The notes: generated by a model from the sequence alone, not told the origin. A stretch of DNA of 64,000 nucleotides from Octopus bimaculoides (GCF_001194135.2 NC_069001.1:38671438-38735437); one strand, 5' to 3'; positions 33,881-47,698 are shown, numbered from the stretch's first letter. Numbers and translations: made by a program.

Positions 33881-36444
33881 TGTGTACTCATGCCAGCATG
33901 GAGTGCAAATGTTAAACAATGATGATGATATTTGTGTGTATATATATATTTATCTGTATGCATAAATCTATATACATGCATGTGAATGTATGATCATATG
34001 AAAAAAATGAACACGAAAAGAGACAATATAATTATCTATATCTACTCATATACTTTCCATGTATCCATGTTTATATAAATCTGTGTGTGTGTGTGTGTGT
34101 GTAAAATCAGTGTTCTGTCAAAGTGATAAGTTGTCCAATAAATAAAAGTACCAAAGTAAAAATAAATCTGAGGTTGATAAGTTTTTCATTAAAATAATGA
34201 AGTGGCCAAAAAGCAATGCACCAACATGGCTGTAGCCCAATAACTGAAATCAATAATATATATATATATATATATANNNNNNNNNNNNNNNNNNNNNNNN
34301 NNNNNNNNNNNNNNNNNNNNNNNNNNNNNNNNNNNNNNNNNNNNNNNNNNNNNNNNNNNNNNNNNNNNNNNNNNNNNNNNNNNNNNNNNNNNNNNNNNNN
34401 NNNNNNNNNNNNNNNNNNNNNNNNNNNNNNNNNNNNNNNNNNNNNNNNNNNNNNNNNNNNNNNNNNNNNNNNNNNNNNNNNNNNNNNNNNNNNNNNNNNN
34501 NNNNNNNNNNNNNNNNNNNNNNNNNNNNNNNNNNNNNNNNNNNNNNNNNNNNNNNNNNNNNNNNNNNNNNNNNNNNNNNNNNNNNNNNNNNNNNATATAT
34601 ATATATATATATACGACTGGGGTGGTGAAAGGTTCCTGGCTTGGAGTAAAAGAAGATACAGGAGGATCAGTTAATTATGAATTATTGTTGGGTCCTGGGG
34701 GATGGTATCAGAAGGTATCAAGAGGAATGGGAGTGGGGTGGGTGGAGGAGAGGTTAAAAAGGTCACCAAACTTTTTTTCTTAATTCACCAAAAACTGATG
34801 AATTTAAGTCGAATACTTCCATCTTCCAGTTGTTCTGTTCTTGTTTTTTATATATTTTTTTTATATTGGTTTCAATTATTGGATAGTGGTGATGCTGTGA
34901 CATTTATGGCAATGACCTCTCATTACTATTTTATCAACTGGTTCTTTTATTGCCCTCAGAAGGATGGATAACAAAATTAATCTACACAAGATTTGAACCC
35001 ACCATGACAACGGAACACAAGTTATCTAATCTGATGATGGACCAATTCTGCCACAAAAGGGACATAACAAGGCATTCTTATTGTTCTGCCAAATGCTAAA
35101 TCATTAAGTGTTATGCCTGACATAACTGACTCAGGCAGCAGATGGAAATATCTAGTTATTAAATCAGAAACTTCAGTGACGACCATTTTGTCCATTTTCC
35201 AAAATAATGTTGACAATATCTTGGAGAGGAAGCAAACTGTGTCCCACTTCCCACAAAACCTGAAGGCTTAAATAAACAAGAAACCAATTGTGATAAAGTT
35301 GTCCTCAACCTAATTGTGTGTGAGGTGTCACAACACTGTTTCATGAAAAACAGCACCTTATGACCTGGTTTTAAAGAATTAAAGACAAGAAACTGAGCCA
35401 AAATCCATGGAGTCCATTTGAAACAATGATGCAAACTAAAAGAGAGTTACCAAAGTACAGAGTTGTGGGTTAAAGGTATTGTTTGGGGTGAGAAGTACAC
35501 TTTTGTCAACTTGGTTTATGTGTGAGAGGAGGGAACGAGTTATGGCTTGAATAGATTTGTTGGGTGGTGGTACTGTTTAGCCCCAGGTCAAGCCTCAGTG
35601 AGCAGACCAACGATCAAAAGCATTCTGGCCATGACCATTCTGATTCGTTTTTTTGTATATCATCATCATCGCCTGGACAAACCCTGGACACCACTGTGTC
35701 TAAGAGTCCTCAGATTTCTAGGAGTCAGTTACAGAGTTTTCATAGCGTACAAGTAACTGAGATCACATTTCTTCTGAACAGGATGCCAGGCTGTCACAAG
35801 GTCTTAATTACAACTGAGTAGACTGGAGCTACATGAAATGAAGTGGGGGGGAGCTTCTTTTTGTTTGTGTATATATATATATGTATGTAGAACCATAATT
35901 GGCCAATGCACTCTTTTCACCTTTTAAGATGTGTCATTTGAAGCAAATTTGACTTACTCTTCCCACCAGGAGGGGCAATCATGTAAATGTTTGCTAATTA
36001 TGGAATCATAGAAAATGCAGAGTATAAGAGCAGAGGAAGTAAAGCAGCTCTTGTTGAGGACACTTTAATTCTGAAGTTCCAGGGTTGACCCCAAAGCAGA
36101 AAACCCTGGGTGAGGGCAATTTATTTTAACCTTGCATTGATCAATATTTTGTGAAAGAAATTTAGTAGAAGGACTATGTGGAAGCTTGTCAGATATATGT
36201 GATATGTAGGGTATGTACACTCGTTTGAAATAGTGTGTTGAGATGCATCACTTTACATCAAAACAGGAAGCCAGATATAATATAGTGGAGAAAGGCAAGC
36301 AAAAAATAATTGTACATTGAGGTAACTTTTTGTTAACCCAGAGCTTTCGTTTTAATCTAGAATAGAAAAGTCTTGAAACTACCTAATTTAATACATTTTT
36401 ATAAAATTGAGTGTATTATATAGTCCCTTTTTAATGCAGTTATT

Positions 36445-37165
36445 AACTGCACTATGAAATCAGGGCACAGTTGAGGGGGGGGGGGACAAAAGAGGGGCAG
36501 GGAAAATCCAGGTTTGACAACATCAAAGACTGGACAGGCCACAAAACTGCAACCCTGTTACACATGACGGAGAACAGAGACCAGTGGTGTTGGCTGACTG
36601 CAGAAGCATCCAGAATGGCCATATCTGGAAAGTTTGCCTCAGGATTCTTGGCCGTAGGAATGTTCACTGCATAGGAAAGAAATTTTGCCACAAGACAAAA
36701 GACGAATTGCTCCCCTTGGTATATAATTGTCTCAACCAATAAAAAGGGGTAAAGCAANNNNNNNNNNNNNNNNNNNNNNNNNNNNNNNNNNNNNNNNNNN
36801 NNNNNNNNNNNNNNNNNNNNNNNNNNNNNNNNNNNNNNNNNNNNNNNNNNNNNNNNNNNNNNNNNNNNNNNNNNNNNNNNNNNNNNNNNNNNNNNNNNNN
36901 NNNNNNNNNNNNNNNNNNNNNNNNNNNNNNNNNNNNNNNNNNNNNNNNNNNNNNNNNNNNNNNNNNNNNNNNNNNNNNNNNNNNNNNNNNNNNNNNNNNN
37001 NNTTATTGGTTGAAACTATTTTATATCAAAGAGAGCAATTCATTTTTTTTCCTGCGGCCAAAAATCCTGAGACAAATTTTCCTGCAGCAAACTTTCCTAG
37101 AACCTGGAATAGCATCCCAATGACCGGCTGCACCAGTTAAAGGAACCTGGTGATGATGATCACAA
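36445..37165 (+). mobile_element. 3' end of a second RTE-type LINE family, split by a foldback insertion
   Basis: GTVEGG...FDNIKDWTGHKTATLLHMTENRDQW.WLTAEASRM before 36620, continuing as ASQ*P...GATGATGAT after 37113. Confidence 0.7.
36620..37104. mobile_element. Foldback/Mutator-like element with sub-repeated TIRs
   Basis: The arms are reverse complements across the gap (GAATTGCTC...TCAACCAATAA) and carry roughly 15-bp GGAAA.TTTG.C.CA subrepeats. Candidate 9-bp TSD: CAGAATGGC / TGGAATAGC. Confidence 0.7.
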
Positions 37166-37296
37166 AAATTTCAACTCACTGAAATCCACTTTCTCTGTCC
37201 ATCTTTGAATTTATTCACTTCTTTACCTTGGGTCCCATCAAAATACCACATGTGATTTCATTTACAGGAGGTGAATCATTTTATTTTGCAATTAGA

Positions 37297-37335
<39 letters not shown>

Positions 37336-37907
37336 TGTATACGGTTTCTTTTGAAGATTAGTTACTTTGGTTAGTGTCATCATAATGTTTATGGCAAGGT
37401 ACTGTACACATCATTAATAAATACTATTTTAATGGATTAAGTCAGCATTTCAAAAACATTGATCAACAGAAAAAAGATCAAATACATATTGATTTTATAT
37501 ATTTAGCTGCTTTTGACATTTTTTTTCTTTTAATTTGGAATCTCCAAGCCTTAAAAACAAAAGTTAGTCTATTTTAATATAATCAAAGAAAAAAACAGCA
37601 CAAAGTAGTCATCTTCTACAAGAAAGTCGTTAGAGAAGTCATCAACATTTTTAATGTCTAGTTTTCTGATGGTTAAATGGATCAGAGGAGAAAGAGAATT
37701 GTTGAGAGAAAAAATTTGTGTCTGTTTTGTGTCTTAAAAAGTTCTGTAATTACAGAGTATGCACATACACACATGCAATCACATTCTATCATACATACAT
37801 ACATACATATAAGAAAGTAGTCAAAATTTGGATAAAAACTTAAGATGTATCCCTAAAGGGGATCAAAGTGCTAAATAGATTTTATTCAAATCATATATAT
37901 ATATATA

Positions 37908-38690
37908 TAGGAAAATGAAGAATAGGGCAGAATGCTAAACTGGAAGCATATTTTAATAAAAATTTCTAACCGGCTTTCATTGCGAAGCAAATTTTCAAGA
38001 AGAGGGAGAATGAAAATGTTTTTTAGAAAGAAGTACAAAATGAAGAAAATAATATATAAAAAAATAAATATACCAATGCATTATATTGTCTTTGAGCTTT
38101 TGAAGTTCAATGGTAGTTCATGTATATAATGGTTGGAAAAATAAGGATGCATAATAATTGAGAGTTGTGTTAGGTTTAAAAAAAGGGTTAAAAGTTTGTG
38201 TTAAGCAGGAAGTGTGGTGTCAAAACAGGAAGTGTGTGTANNNNNNNNNNNNNNNNNNNNNNNNNNNNNNNNNNNNNNNNNNNNNNNNNNNNNNNNNNNN
38301 NNNNNNNNNNNNNNNNNNNNNNNNNNNNNNNNNNNNNNNNNNNNNNNNNNNNNNAACTTTTAACCCTTTTTTTAAACCTAACACAACTCTCAACTCTCAT
38401 GCATCCTTATTTTTCCAACCATTATATACATGAACTACCATTGAACTTCAAAAGCTCAAAGACAATATAATGCATTGGTATATTTATTTTTTTATACATT
38501 ATTTTTTTTATATATTATTTTCTTCATTTTGTACTTCTTTGTAAAAAACATTTTCATTCTCGTTCTTGAAAATTTGCTTCGCAATGAAAGCCGGTTAGAA
38601 ATCTTTATTAAAATATGCTTCCAGTTTAGCATTCTGCCTTATTCTTCATTTTCCTATTATTTCTCCACGTGCAATTAACACAACCCCCAC
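37908..38690. mobile_element. Long-TIR foldback element (arms of at least 285 bp, central gap)
   Basis: 37908..38194 is the near-perfect reverse complement of 38355..38656. The right end is CACAACCCCCAC|TA. Confidence 0.9.
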
Positions 38691-39271
38691 TATCATCTAC
38701 AGCTTGTTGCCCACCACACTCACCAGATTTTAGTTCCTTATTTTTTAAACAGAGAGTCATGTTCAAAAGTGTAGATTACAATTACAATGAGAAAAGAAAA
38801 TAATTAGCTTGGTGTTTTGGATCACTGTTCTCACTTGCAATGTTGTTACACCAACTTTTTCCATTTTGTCTTTGTTCTCATATTTCTATGTTTGAACCAT
38901 CACCCTTATGTAAACTACACCCTTGGAAAACCTATTTCTCTAAAATGTCGCTTACAAAGAGCTAAGAGGGCACAAAATTAGGAGGAGCGGGTAAAATGAC
39001 CCAAAACTCCTCACCCACACACACACCATTTTTTTTTTTAACATTCTCAATATAATCGTAATCTACAGCAATGGTTCTCAACAAGGGTCCAAAAATTGTG
39101 TTTACTCGTTTTCATTACTAAATAGAGGTCCAAATGTCCCAAAAATTTGTACTGCACTGCCGAAGGTAAGTATGAAAATAAATATGCAAAAAAAAATTAA
39201 GATAAAATATACTATTTCTGAGATATGTCAGGAACAGACAAACATCCTTAGAGTTTTAGTATTAAGACATG

Positions 39272-39342
39272 GGTGTTTTGGTCCAGTGGCAGAAAGTCTG
39301 TCATATTCACAGGAGCTGTGGGTTTGAACCCCACAGGCAGCT
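39272..39342 (+). pseudogene. tRNA-like pseudogene or SINE head
   Basis: T-stem GTGGG/CCCAC with loop TTTGAAC, anticodon stem TCTGT/ACAGG with a 7-nt loop, and 6 of 7 acceptor pairs. The D-stem and anticodon loop are non-canonical. Confidence 0.4.
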
Positions 39343-40162
39343 TTTGACTTGTGTTATCCAAAGGGTTTTCATCCCATTATTTGCACACTATCATTTATAT
39401 AGCTTTATCTGCTTTGAGTTAAACCGTTTAAAAAAAGAATTACATTCACACAAATGCACGCACACAGTGCATGTCAACTGCTAGTGTCTACATGTTGAAA
39501 TGTTGAAAGCTGCGACATTTACGTCCATCCATCACAGTCAGGACTCTTATTTACAGATGTGATGTCGTAGTTGATATTGACTTCAGTGTTATAATTAGTG
39601 GCATTGTAATTAACACACCAGACCACAATTAGCTCCCTACCAGGCAGTCAGTCATAGAGATTTAGAATAAACAGTATTTTCTCAATACATCTGCAACAAC
39701 TTTAAATGGTTTCTCCATTTATCACTGCCATCTCTTTAAACTCCATCTTCTCTGTGTTGGTTGGACAGCTCAGTCATGTGACAGGTAACCAACATCAGCT
39801 GTGACATCAAGTCATCATATGGTTCTGAGTTCAATCTCACTGTACTGCATTTTGACCAAGGGCCATCTAACATAACCACGGGTCAACCTGGAAACTGTGT
39901 CTAAGCCTATTGTTAGATGGTAGGTTTAATCTTCCCCCTAGTTTATCCCCCCACCACCACCTGGCCGTTGGGTAGCTTTAATAGAGTCCACCCTGTTGCA
40001 GACATTCTCACCTAACCAATGGTTTGACAAGAATGCAGGGGTCACAGGATCTTCTCTCTGCTCAGCCCATCTTGAAGGCTTTATACAAAGTCATGTATTC
40101 TACCTTTTCTGTCAAAAATTAAATGACTCACCATCCATTCACATCACGTCTATATATAGTAC

Positions 40163-40227
<65 letters not shown>

Positions 40228-40422
40228 CATACACACACACACACACATCAGCTGTAGTGTCTATATATAGTAGCTGTCTCATGTACATCAGCTGTAGTCT
40301 CTCTCTCTCTCTCAACTATATACACACACACATTATATAAACTGTCCCACCCATGCTAGCATGGAAAGCAAAAGTTAAACGATGGTGATGATGATGATAT
40401 ATATATATATATAGTTATCTTT

Positions 40423-40478
<56 letters not shown>

Positions 40479-41138
40479 TGTATGTATATATATGCACCGA
40501 CTGTACTGTGAATATAGTCATCTGTCCTATATACACATCAACTGACAACTGATGTCTTTCGTAATGAGATCACTTCTGCTGCAACAAGTTAACATTAAAC
40601 CTACACCAGTCAGTTGATCACATTATAACACAGACTTCCTTGACAGCCTTACTTTACTCTACCACCAAAATTTATCTAGAACCTCCTCTCACAGCCTCTA
40701 CTCCACTCCACATCTATATAGAAGCTGCACTCAGTCTCTATTCCATAACTAAGTCTATTGAAGTTCTGTTAATTAACTCTCTTCCATCACCAAGTGTGCA
40801 GCATGATAGAAACGGGGTACCTGAGGTACTCTGTTCTAGTTAGATATGACAATCAGAGATCAGACCCTCCACAGTAACAACAAAGTCCTTAATTAGTCCA
40901 TTACATAATTAATTACCCTTAAAAAACTAGGTCATGTTGTATAGAGACAGATGGAGAAATAAGATGGGTGAGGAATTAGAAATACTAATTAATTCCATAA
41001 TGATTCTACATACAAATTGACGAGTAATTTGTTGCATATTTAGTTTTATATCGGATTGTGAGAGAGAGAGAGAGAATGAAAGAGAGACTGTATGTGCATG
41101 TGGAGGGGGGAAGAGAGTATATGATTGACTATGTGCAC

Positions 41139-41196
<58 letters not shown>

Positions 41197-41212
41197 AAGA
41201 GANNNNNNNNNN

Positions 41213-41282
<70 letters not shown>

Positions 41283-41914
41283 TATGTGTGTGTGTGTGTG
41301 TGTGATTTATTAACATTATAAAATTAGACAAGAAGCCAAGAGTATAAGCAATAAATAAAAGCCTATGCCTACCTCAGTTGTGAATATACCAAACACCATG
41401 TGTAAATCAAAGAATTTGGGGGGTAGAATAAGGTCCACGTTAAGGTTCCAACAACCTGAAGGAGAAGACAACAGTAATATATTAAAATACAAGAACATTT
41501 AGTGAAGGGGTTAGTTTGAAAGGCTGGGAAACAAGAAAGAGAGGAGGGAGGTTTTCAAAGAGTAATTTTGTTGTTATTTAACCTTGTGTTGGACCTGGCT
41601 GAGTAAATCCATGGTCAGAAATATGCCACCCATCACCATCCTGTATTTTCTTTCTCTAGACTCTGTGAATCTATTATTGTTAGATAGGTTCCCTCAAGAG
41701 AGTAGTGATGCGAGACAAGGCAGCTTTAATTGTTATTTCTAGCACTCATTATGCCACCAACTAGTTTCCCTCCCTGCCTCCATGACTGAGCTGCTCCTTC
41801 CATGGCTTGCCCAGCTGATCCACAAAACTCACCTGAAACATGGGGGCCACTGGATCAGACTAACTCAGATGTAAACAACAACAAATCTAAGGACCATCAT
41901 CTGCAGGCTCTTAC

Positions 41915-41949
<35 letters not shown>

Positions 41950-42070
41950 GCACACACACACACACGCACACACACACACACAATCTAAACATAATTGCCA
42001 CCATTGCTAGATCCCTTATGTAACAATAGGTGGAATCACTGTAATCCTGTTGTTGTTGTTGTTGCTGACC

Positions 42071-42101
<31 letters not shown>

Positions 42102-42326
42102 CACGCACATTGAAGTTCTCCTCACCTATTTCTTACGTCCTAATTTTACCTGTTGTAATGTCACCAACAATCTGAGATTGAGATAAAACAGGATAATGAC
42201 AATACATCACACCTGACAACAAATAGACTGTATGCACTAAACACACACACATACACAATATACACATAAGTGTGTGTGTGTGTGCGAGTGTGTATGTGTG
42301 CCAATAAATCCCTTCACACAGTTTAA

Positions 42327-42738
42327 CCCTTCAGTATTTAAACCAGCCATATCCAGCCCAAATATCCTACCTGCTCCATGTTAAAACTATCCAGATTTGG
42401 CATCTCACACCTACCCTACAATGTCATTCTAAAACTATCCTCTCTACTGTAGGCACAAGGCCTGAAATTTAGTGGGGTGGGTGGCTAGTTGATTACATTG
42501 GGTTCCCAGTGTTCAACTGGTGCCTATTTCATCAACAACTGCAAAAGGATGAAAGGCAAAGCCAGCTTCAGCAGAATTTGAACTCAGAACACAAGGGCAG
42601 ACGAAATGCTGTCATTCTAAAGAGATACAATCACATCATTGAAATCTTAAAGTTACAAGATGATAATCCATGATGAATTCAAAACAAATGTGAATAAAGC
42701 AGTATTACATTTGACAGAGAAATCTGAATGCTGAGGGG
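42327..42738. mobile_element. piggyBac-type MITE (TTAA TSD) carrying an inserted SINE
   Basis: TTAA|CCCTTCAGTATT...AATGCTGAGGGG|TTAA. The SINE A insert (42435..42609) is flanked by a duplicated TGTCATTCTAAA. Confidence 0.85.
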
Positions 42739-43349
42739 TTAAACAAGTCTTGTGCTTACAGAGCATATTTAATCCCAGTAACTGTAAGCAACAAACTAAA
42801 GGTGATAGCCTCTTCTTGCCACCAGAGGGCACTGTGCCACCTTCCACCTTTGACCAAACCATGCAAGAAACTTCAGCAGGTTCTTACAATGATCCAATGC
42901 TCTTTGGTGCTTCCTTACTTTCAAGATTTTAACCCAGAAATGACTTCATTGTAGTCAAAGAAAATATATTTCTATAAGTCTCATTCAGTCAAGAATGTTG
43001 CTGTTGTTTACGCCTCATGATCAAAGACATCTCTATATTTGATATTTGGCTGCTATTTCTAACAGGCCAATGTGACCTGTCAACAGACAGACAGACCAAA
43101 ACTAATTTACTTCATCTACAATAACAAAAATAATTATCAGATGAGAGATAATGATTTTAAACATCAATTATCTTCAAACAGGAAATATTACTATCTCCCC
43201 GCAGCCTGGTACCTCTTAGAGCTAACGAGGGAGCCTTTATGCAGTTGTCATTTGATCTGTTGAAAACAGCAGCCAAATCTCCCTCAATGGACATTACTGT
43301 CTCAAGTTGTAGGACTCGTAAGAGCTGGTTACCCATTTTGCACCTGAGA

Positions 43350-43512
43350 TCCCATTTCCCTGCATGAGATGCCAGTCCATTGCAGAGTGACTCATCCACA
43401 GTTGAGTCAGCTGGGGCAATGTGAAATGAAGAGTTTTGCTCAAGAACACAACACACTGTCCAGTCCAGGAATTGAAGCCACACACGTGATCACGAGAGCA
43501 ACACCTTAGCCT
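43350..43512 (-). mobile_element. SINE with a V-domain-like core
   Basis: The minus strand reads GTGTTCTTGAGCAAAACTCTTCATTTCACATTG...TGCAATGGACTGGCATCTCATGCAGGG. Related pieces lie at about 27440-27540 and 31520-31660. Confidence 0.55.
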
Positions 43513-44099
43513 CCAGGAATGATGCCTTCAAACCATTATCTTAATAATGCAGGCGGGGGTTGGTATAAGCAACTAGCCCCTCCCCTCAAAATTTTAGGTC
43601 TTGTAAAAAGGATTGCTGGATAAAATGCTTCATGGCATTTCTTCTCGTTTCAGGTCAATAAGTAGCAGTTGCACTCGGGGGTCAACGCAATTGATTCTCC
43701 CTCCCTTCAAAGTTGCTGGCTTTGTGCCAAAATTAGAAACAATCAGTTATTATTATTATTATAATGTTTTTTTATTTTATTATTAATCACCAGCATCAAG
43801 TTGGAAAAGATGAAAGGTTTTTGATGAGACAGTAAATGATTAAATCCAGCAGATTAAGTGATTAAAAGATGAGAAAGAGAGAGAGAGAGAGAGAGAGGGG
43901 ATTAAGATTTTAGTTGATGTGAGTAATGTCAGTTATTAATAGAATGAGGTAGAAAAAAAAAAAAAAAATTGGGAAGTAAACAGCATCTTCTATTTATTTA
44001 TTCATTCATTCATTACAACACCTCAACGTAAACAATATCATCAATACTCTCCATTTATGCAGAGGGTGAAGGACCCAGTAATAAACTGGGAGAGAAGTG

Positions 44100-44872
44100 G
44101 GTCACAGATTGGAATTTAGAACAAAAAGGACAAACGAAATGGCACTAAACATTCTGTCCAGCATGCTAATGGTTCTGCCAGTTAGCCACCATAATAATAA
44201 TAATAATACAATGTTTTAATCCTTTCTATTAGAGGCACGAGGCCTGAAATTTGGAGGAGGGGGATAGTTGATTACATCGACCCCAGTACTCAACTTATTG
44301 ACCCCGTAAGGATGAAAGGTAAAGTTGACCTCAGCAGAATTTGAACTGAGAACGTAGTGACAGGTGAATTACGGCTAAGCATTTTGTCCAGCGAGCCACC
44401 ATGATAATAATAATAATAATAATAATAATAAGGGTTTCAAATTTGAGAAAAAGGCCATCAATTTCAAGAGGAAGAGCAAAAGTCGCCTACATCAGCCCCA
44501 GTGCTCAACTGGTATTTTAATTTACTGACCCCGATAGGCTTGAAAGGCAAAGTGACCCCATTTGAGCTCCGAATGTAAAGAGTCAGAAGAAAGGCTTCTA
44601 AGCGTTTTCTTCTTCTCGACACACAATTCAGCGAACCGTTTTATAATGGTTTCAAATTATGGCACAAGGCCTGCAATTTCAGGGGGAAAGGAGGAGTTGA
44701 TTACATCAATGCCAGTTCTTGATATTTTATTAATCCATAAAAAAAGGTGAAACTGTTTCATCAATCCTCAAAGGATGAAGGTCGACATTGGTGGAATTTG
44801 AAATCGGAATGTAAAGTTGGAAGAAATGCTGTAAAGCATTTTACCTGATCTGCTAACGAGTCTGGCAGCTTG
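44100..44872 (-). mobile_element. Head-to-tail array of four SINE family A copies
   Basis: Repeated GAAAGG..AAGT.GAC...GAATTTGAA and CTAAGCATT blocks in one orientation, with (AAT)n tracts at two of the junctions. Confidence 0.75.
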
Positions 44873-44905
44873 CCATCTTTTTTTTTAATATTTGATGTCT
44901 GATTA

Positions 44906-44958
<53 letters not shown>

Positions 44959-45060
44959 CATACATACATATACATACATACACACACACATACATACACA
45001 CACACACATATATATATATATACATACATACACACACACATACATACATACACACACACA

Positions 45061-45102
<42 letters not shown>

Positions 45103-46039
45103 CACACCATCATAAACTAACCAAAAGTGAAGAAACTGTGTAATACCTAGGTGTGTGTATTAATGAAATTGTACATTATAAGCACCCAAATTAAACAAGA
45201 ATAAAAACAAAAACATACGTAGCACATTCATTCTAGACTTAATTTTATATTGTTTTTCACACACACACACACACACAGTTGCTTGTGTTTTATCTCTAAA
45301 TTTACATAAAGACAAAGATTAATAAAAGAAGCACTCAATACAGAAAAGCCAAAGTAGAAGTATGGTGTATATTTTCACGCAGCTATTGTATATAAGCAAG
45401 CAATATAACTGAGTCATAGGTTTGGTTATATAATGAGCTGATACGACCGACTGGTTAATGGTGAGGGCAAGTTGTTGCTGGTGATAGAAATGCTGTTTCT
45501 AAGGTTACATTGAAAACCTCAGCAGATGTGGATTGTGAATATTATCAGGTTGTGATTATCAGTCGCTTAATAAACTAGCAGCAAGACACAAAATAATGGA
45601 AATAGTGACGATACGGAACAGAAGGTCGTAAGACAAAAATGCGTGCGTGTGTGTGTGTGTGTGTGTGTGAAACAGAACAAAAGCATAAATGAGCAGAGAA
45701 CGGACATCAAATCAGATTATGACACATTTATACTTATACAACATATAGACAAAAAACAAATACATATTTTGATATTTATCTATAATATAGCAGTAGTGAA
45801 ATATATCAATAATATATTTCACATATTGCAAACATTGTAACAGCCGTGAACAGCTTAGCTAAGGGCAAAACTCAGAGTAGACTGTCAACCCTGAAATAAG
45901 CGTTTTATGTGTGAGTGTCTATATCATTCATTAGTGATTGGTGTTTATTTATATATAACAATTAATAATATAATATACACACACACACAAAATATTTATT
46001 ATATATATATATACATATTATGACGATAATAATAATAAT

Positions 46040-46242
46040 GGTTTCAAGTTTTGCCACAAGGGCAGCAAATTTTGGGAGAGGGGATGAGTCGATCACATTG
46101 ACCCCCATGTTCAACTGGTACTTTATTGACCCCGAAAGGATGAAAGGCAAAGTTGACCTCGGCAGAATTTGAACTCAGAACTTAGTGACAGGTGAAAAAC
46201 CGCTAAGCATTTCACCCAGCAATTCTGTCAGCTCACTGCCTT
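46040..46242 (-). mobile_element. SINE family A, nearly full length
   Basis: Complete motif order from the (AAT)n tail to GCTCACTGCC. Confidence 0.85.
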
Positions 46243-46336
46243 AATAATAATAATTTCAAATTTTGCCACAAGGGTAGCAATGTTGGGGGACGGGACAAGA
46301 TGAATGGAACCCTCTAACCATGGGCTGCATGCTTTC

Positions 46337-46371
<35 letters not shown>

Positions 46372-47698
46372 NNNNNNNNNNNNNNNNNNNNNNNNNNNNN
46401 NNNNNNNNNNNNNNNNNNNNNNNNNNNNNNNNNNNNNNNNNNNNNNNNNNNNNNNNNNNNNNNNNNNNNNNNNNNNNNNNNNNNNNNNNNNNNNNNNNNN
46501 NNNNNNNNNNNNNNNNNNNNNNNNNNNNNNNNNNNNNNNNTATATATATATATATATATATATATAGTCATTTCTTTGTGTGTGTCTAAGACAAATTCAT
46601 GTCACACAACTGCAAAAGAGTTAACCAAAAAGCACATGCGCATGCACACACACACAGGTACATCTGCATACACATTAAATACACCAGACACAAGCAAAGA
46701 ACATAGTTTGACAGAGGGTGGGGAGGGGGGTCTGCTGCACTTTAACACTGCATCAGCTGACAATGAGAGAAATCGAGCAAAATTAAATGACTAATTGAAT
46801 TTCGTTTAATCAACGAAATAGTAGTAATAGTAGCAGTAGCAGCAACAACAATAAAGGCATACTATGCAGTTGCTAGAGCTGTTAGAAACAGCAGCTAAAT
46901 CTCCCTCAGACTACACTATTAACTAAATTAAGGACACACTGACTACTATGACTTCAGATACACTATTCCTAGGTTGAGTGGTCATAGTTGACCGATGGTT
47001 AAATAACAGCCATGAAAAGGCAGAGAAAGATGTTGATGGCTGGGTGGGGGATTGAAGAGTAGGTTGACAGGGGTAGTAAACCCTTCTCTATCCAGGGTGG
47101 AAGAAATGTGTGTGTGTGTGTGTGTGTGATAGTATGGTGGGTATTACAGAACAACTACTACAACATGACCACTACAGACACCAGTACTATTACAACTACT
47201 AACAGTACCAATCTTACTATGACATCACCAAAGACTGGTGTCCTTGGATACATTTGTTACTGTTAATTCCTAATTCCCTCCCAGGGGCACCCCGTCTAAC
47301 TCTTCTGTTGTACAGTTGGCTTTAATAGATGCCACAATATGACGACAATGTATCAGAGAAATCTCTAACAACCAACCCCCAACCACTGCTGCTGCTGCAC
47401 GGCAACAAGGTAGCAACAGTGAAGAGAAGACTTTTATAGGACACAACAGTGAATTGTTGTTAACAACAGCAAAGAAAAAAAGAAAAGAAGAAGCCCCCCC
47501 ACCATCCAAGATAATGCTGCTGCTGTTGTTAATGATGATGTTAATAATAGTAATTTATTTACGACAAAAAGCACAACAAAGCTACAAATGAAATACAATC
47601 AGCGCAAATAATACAGCACAAATGATATACATTAGGCCATGTGTGTATGCGTGGTTTAAATGTATGTAGATAGATATATATATATATAAATACACACA

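Noticed and set aside
35022-35260. Minus-strand frame ending ...PCYVPFVAELVHHQIR*
   Set aside because: It may be the C-terminus of an old LINE ORF, but I could not match it to a family and upstream codons contain stops.
41058-41321. ORFs such as RERERE, HTHTHT, CVCVCV and YIYIYI throughout the window
   Set aside because: They are translations of (AG)n, (AC)n and (AT)n microsatellites.
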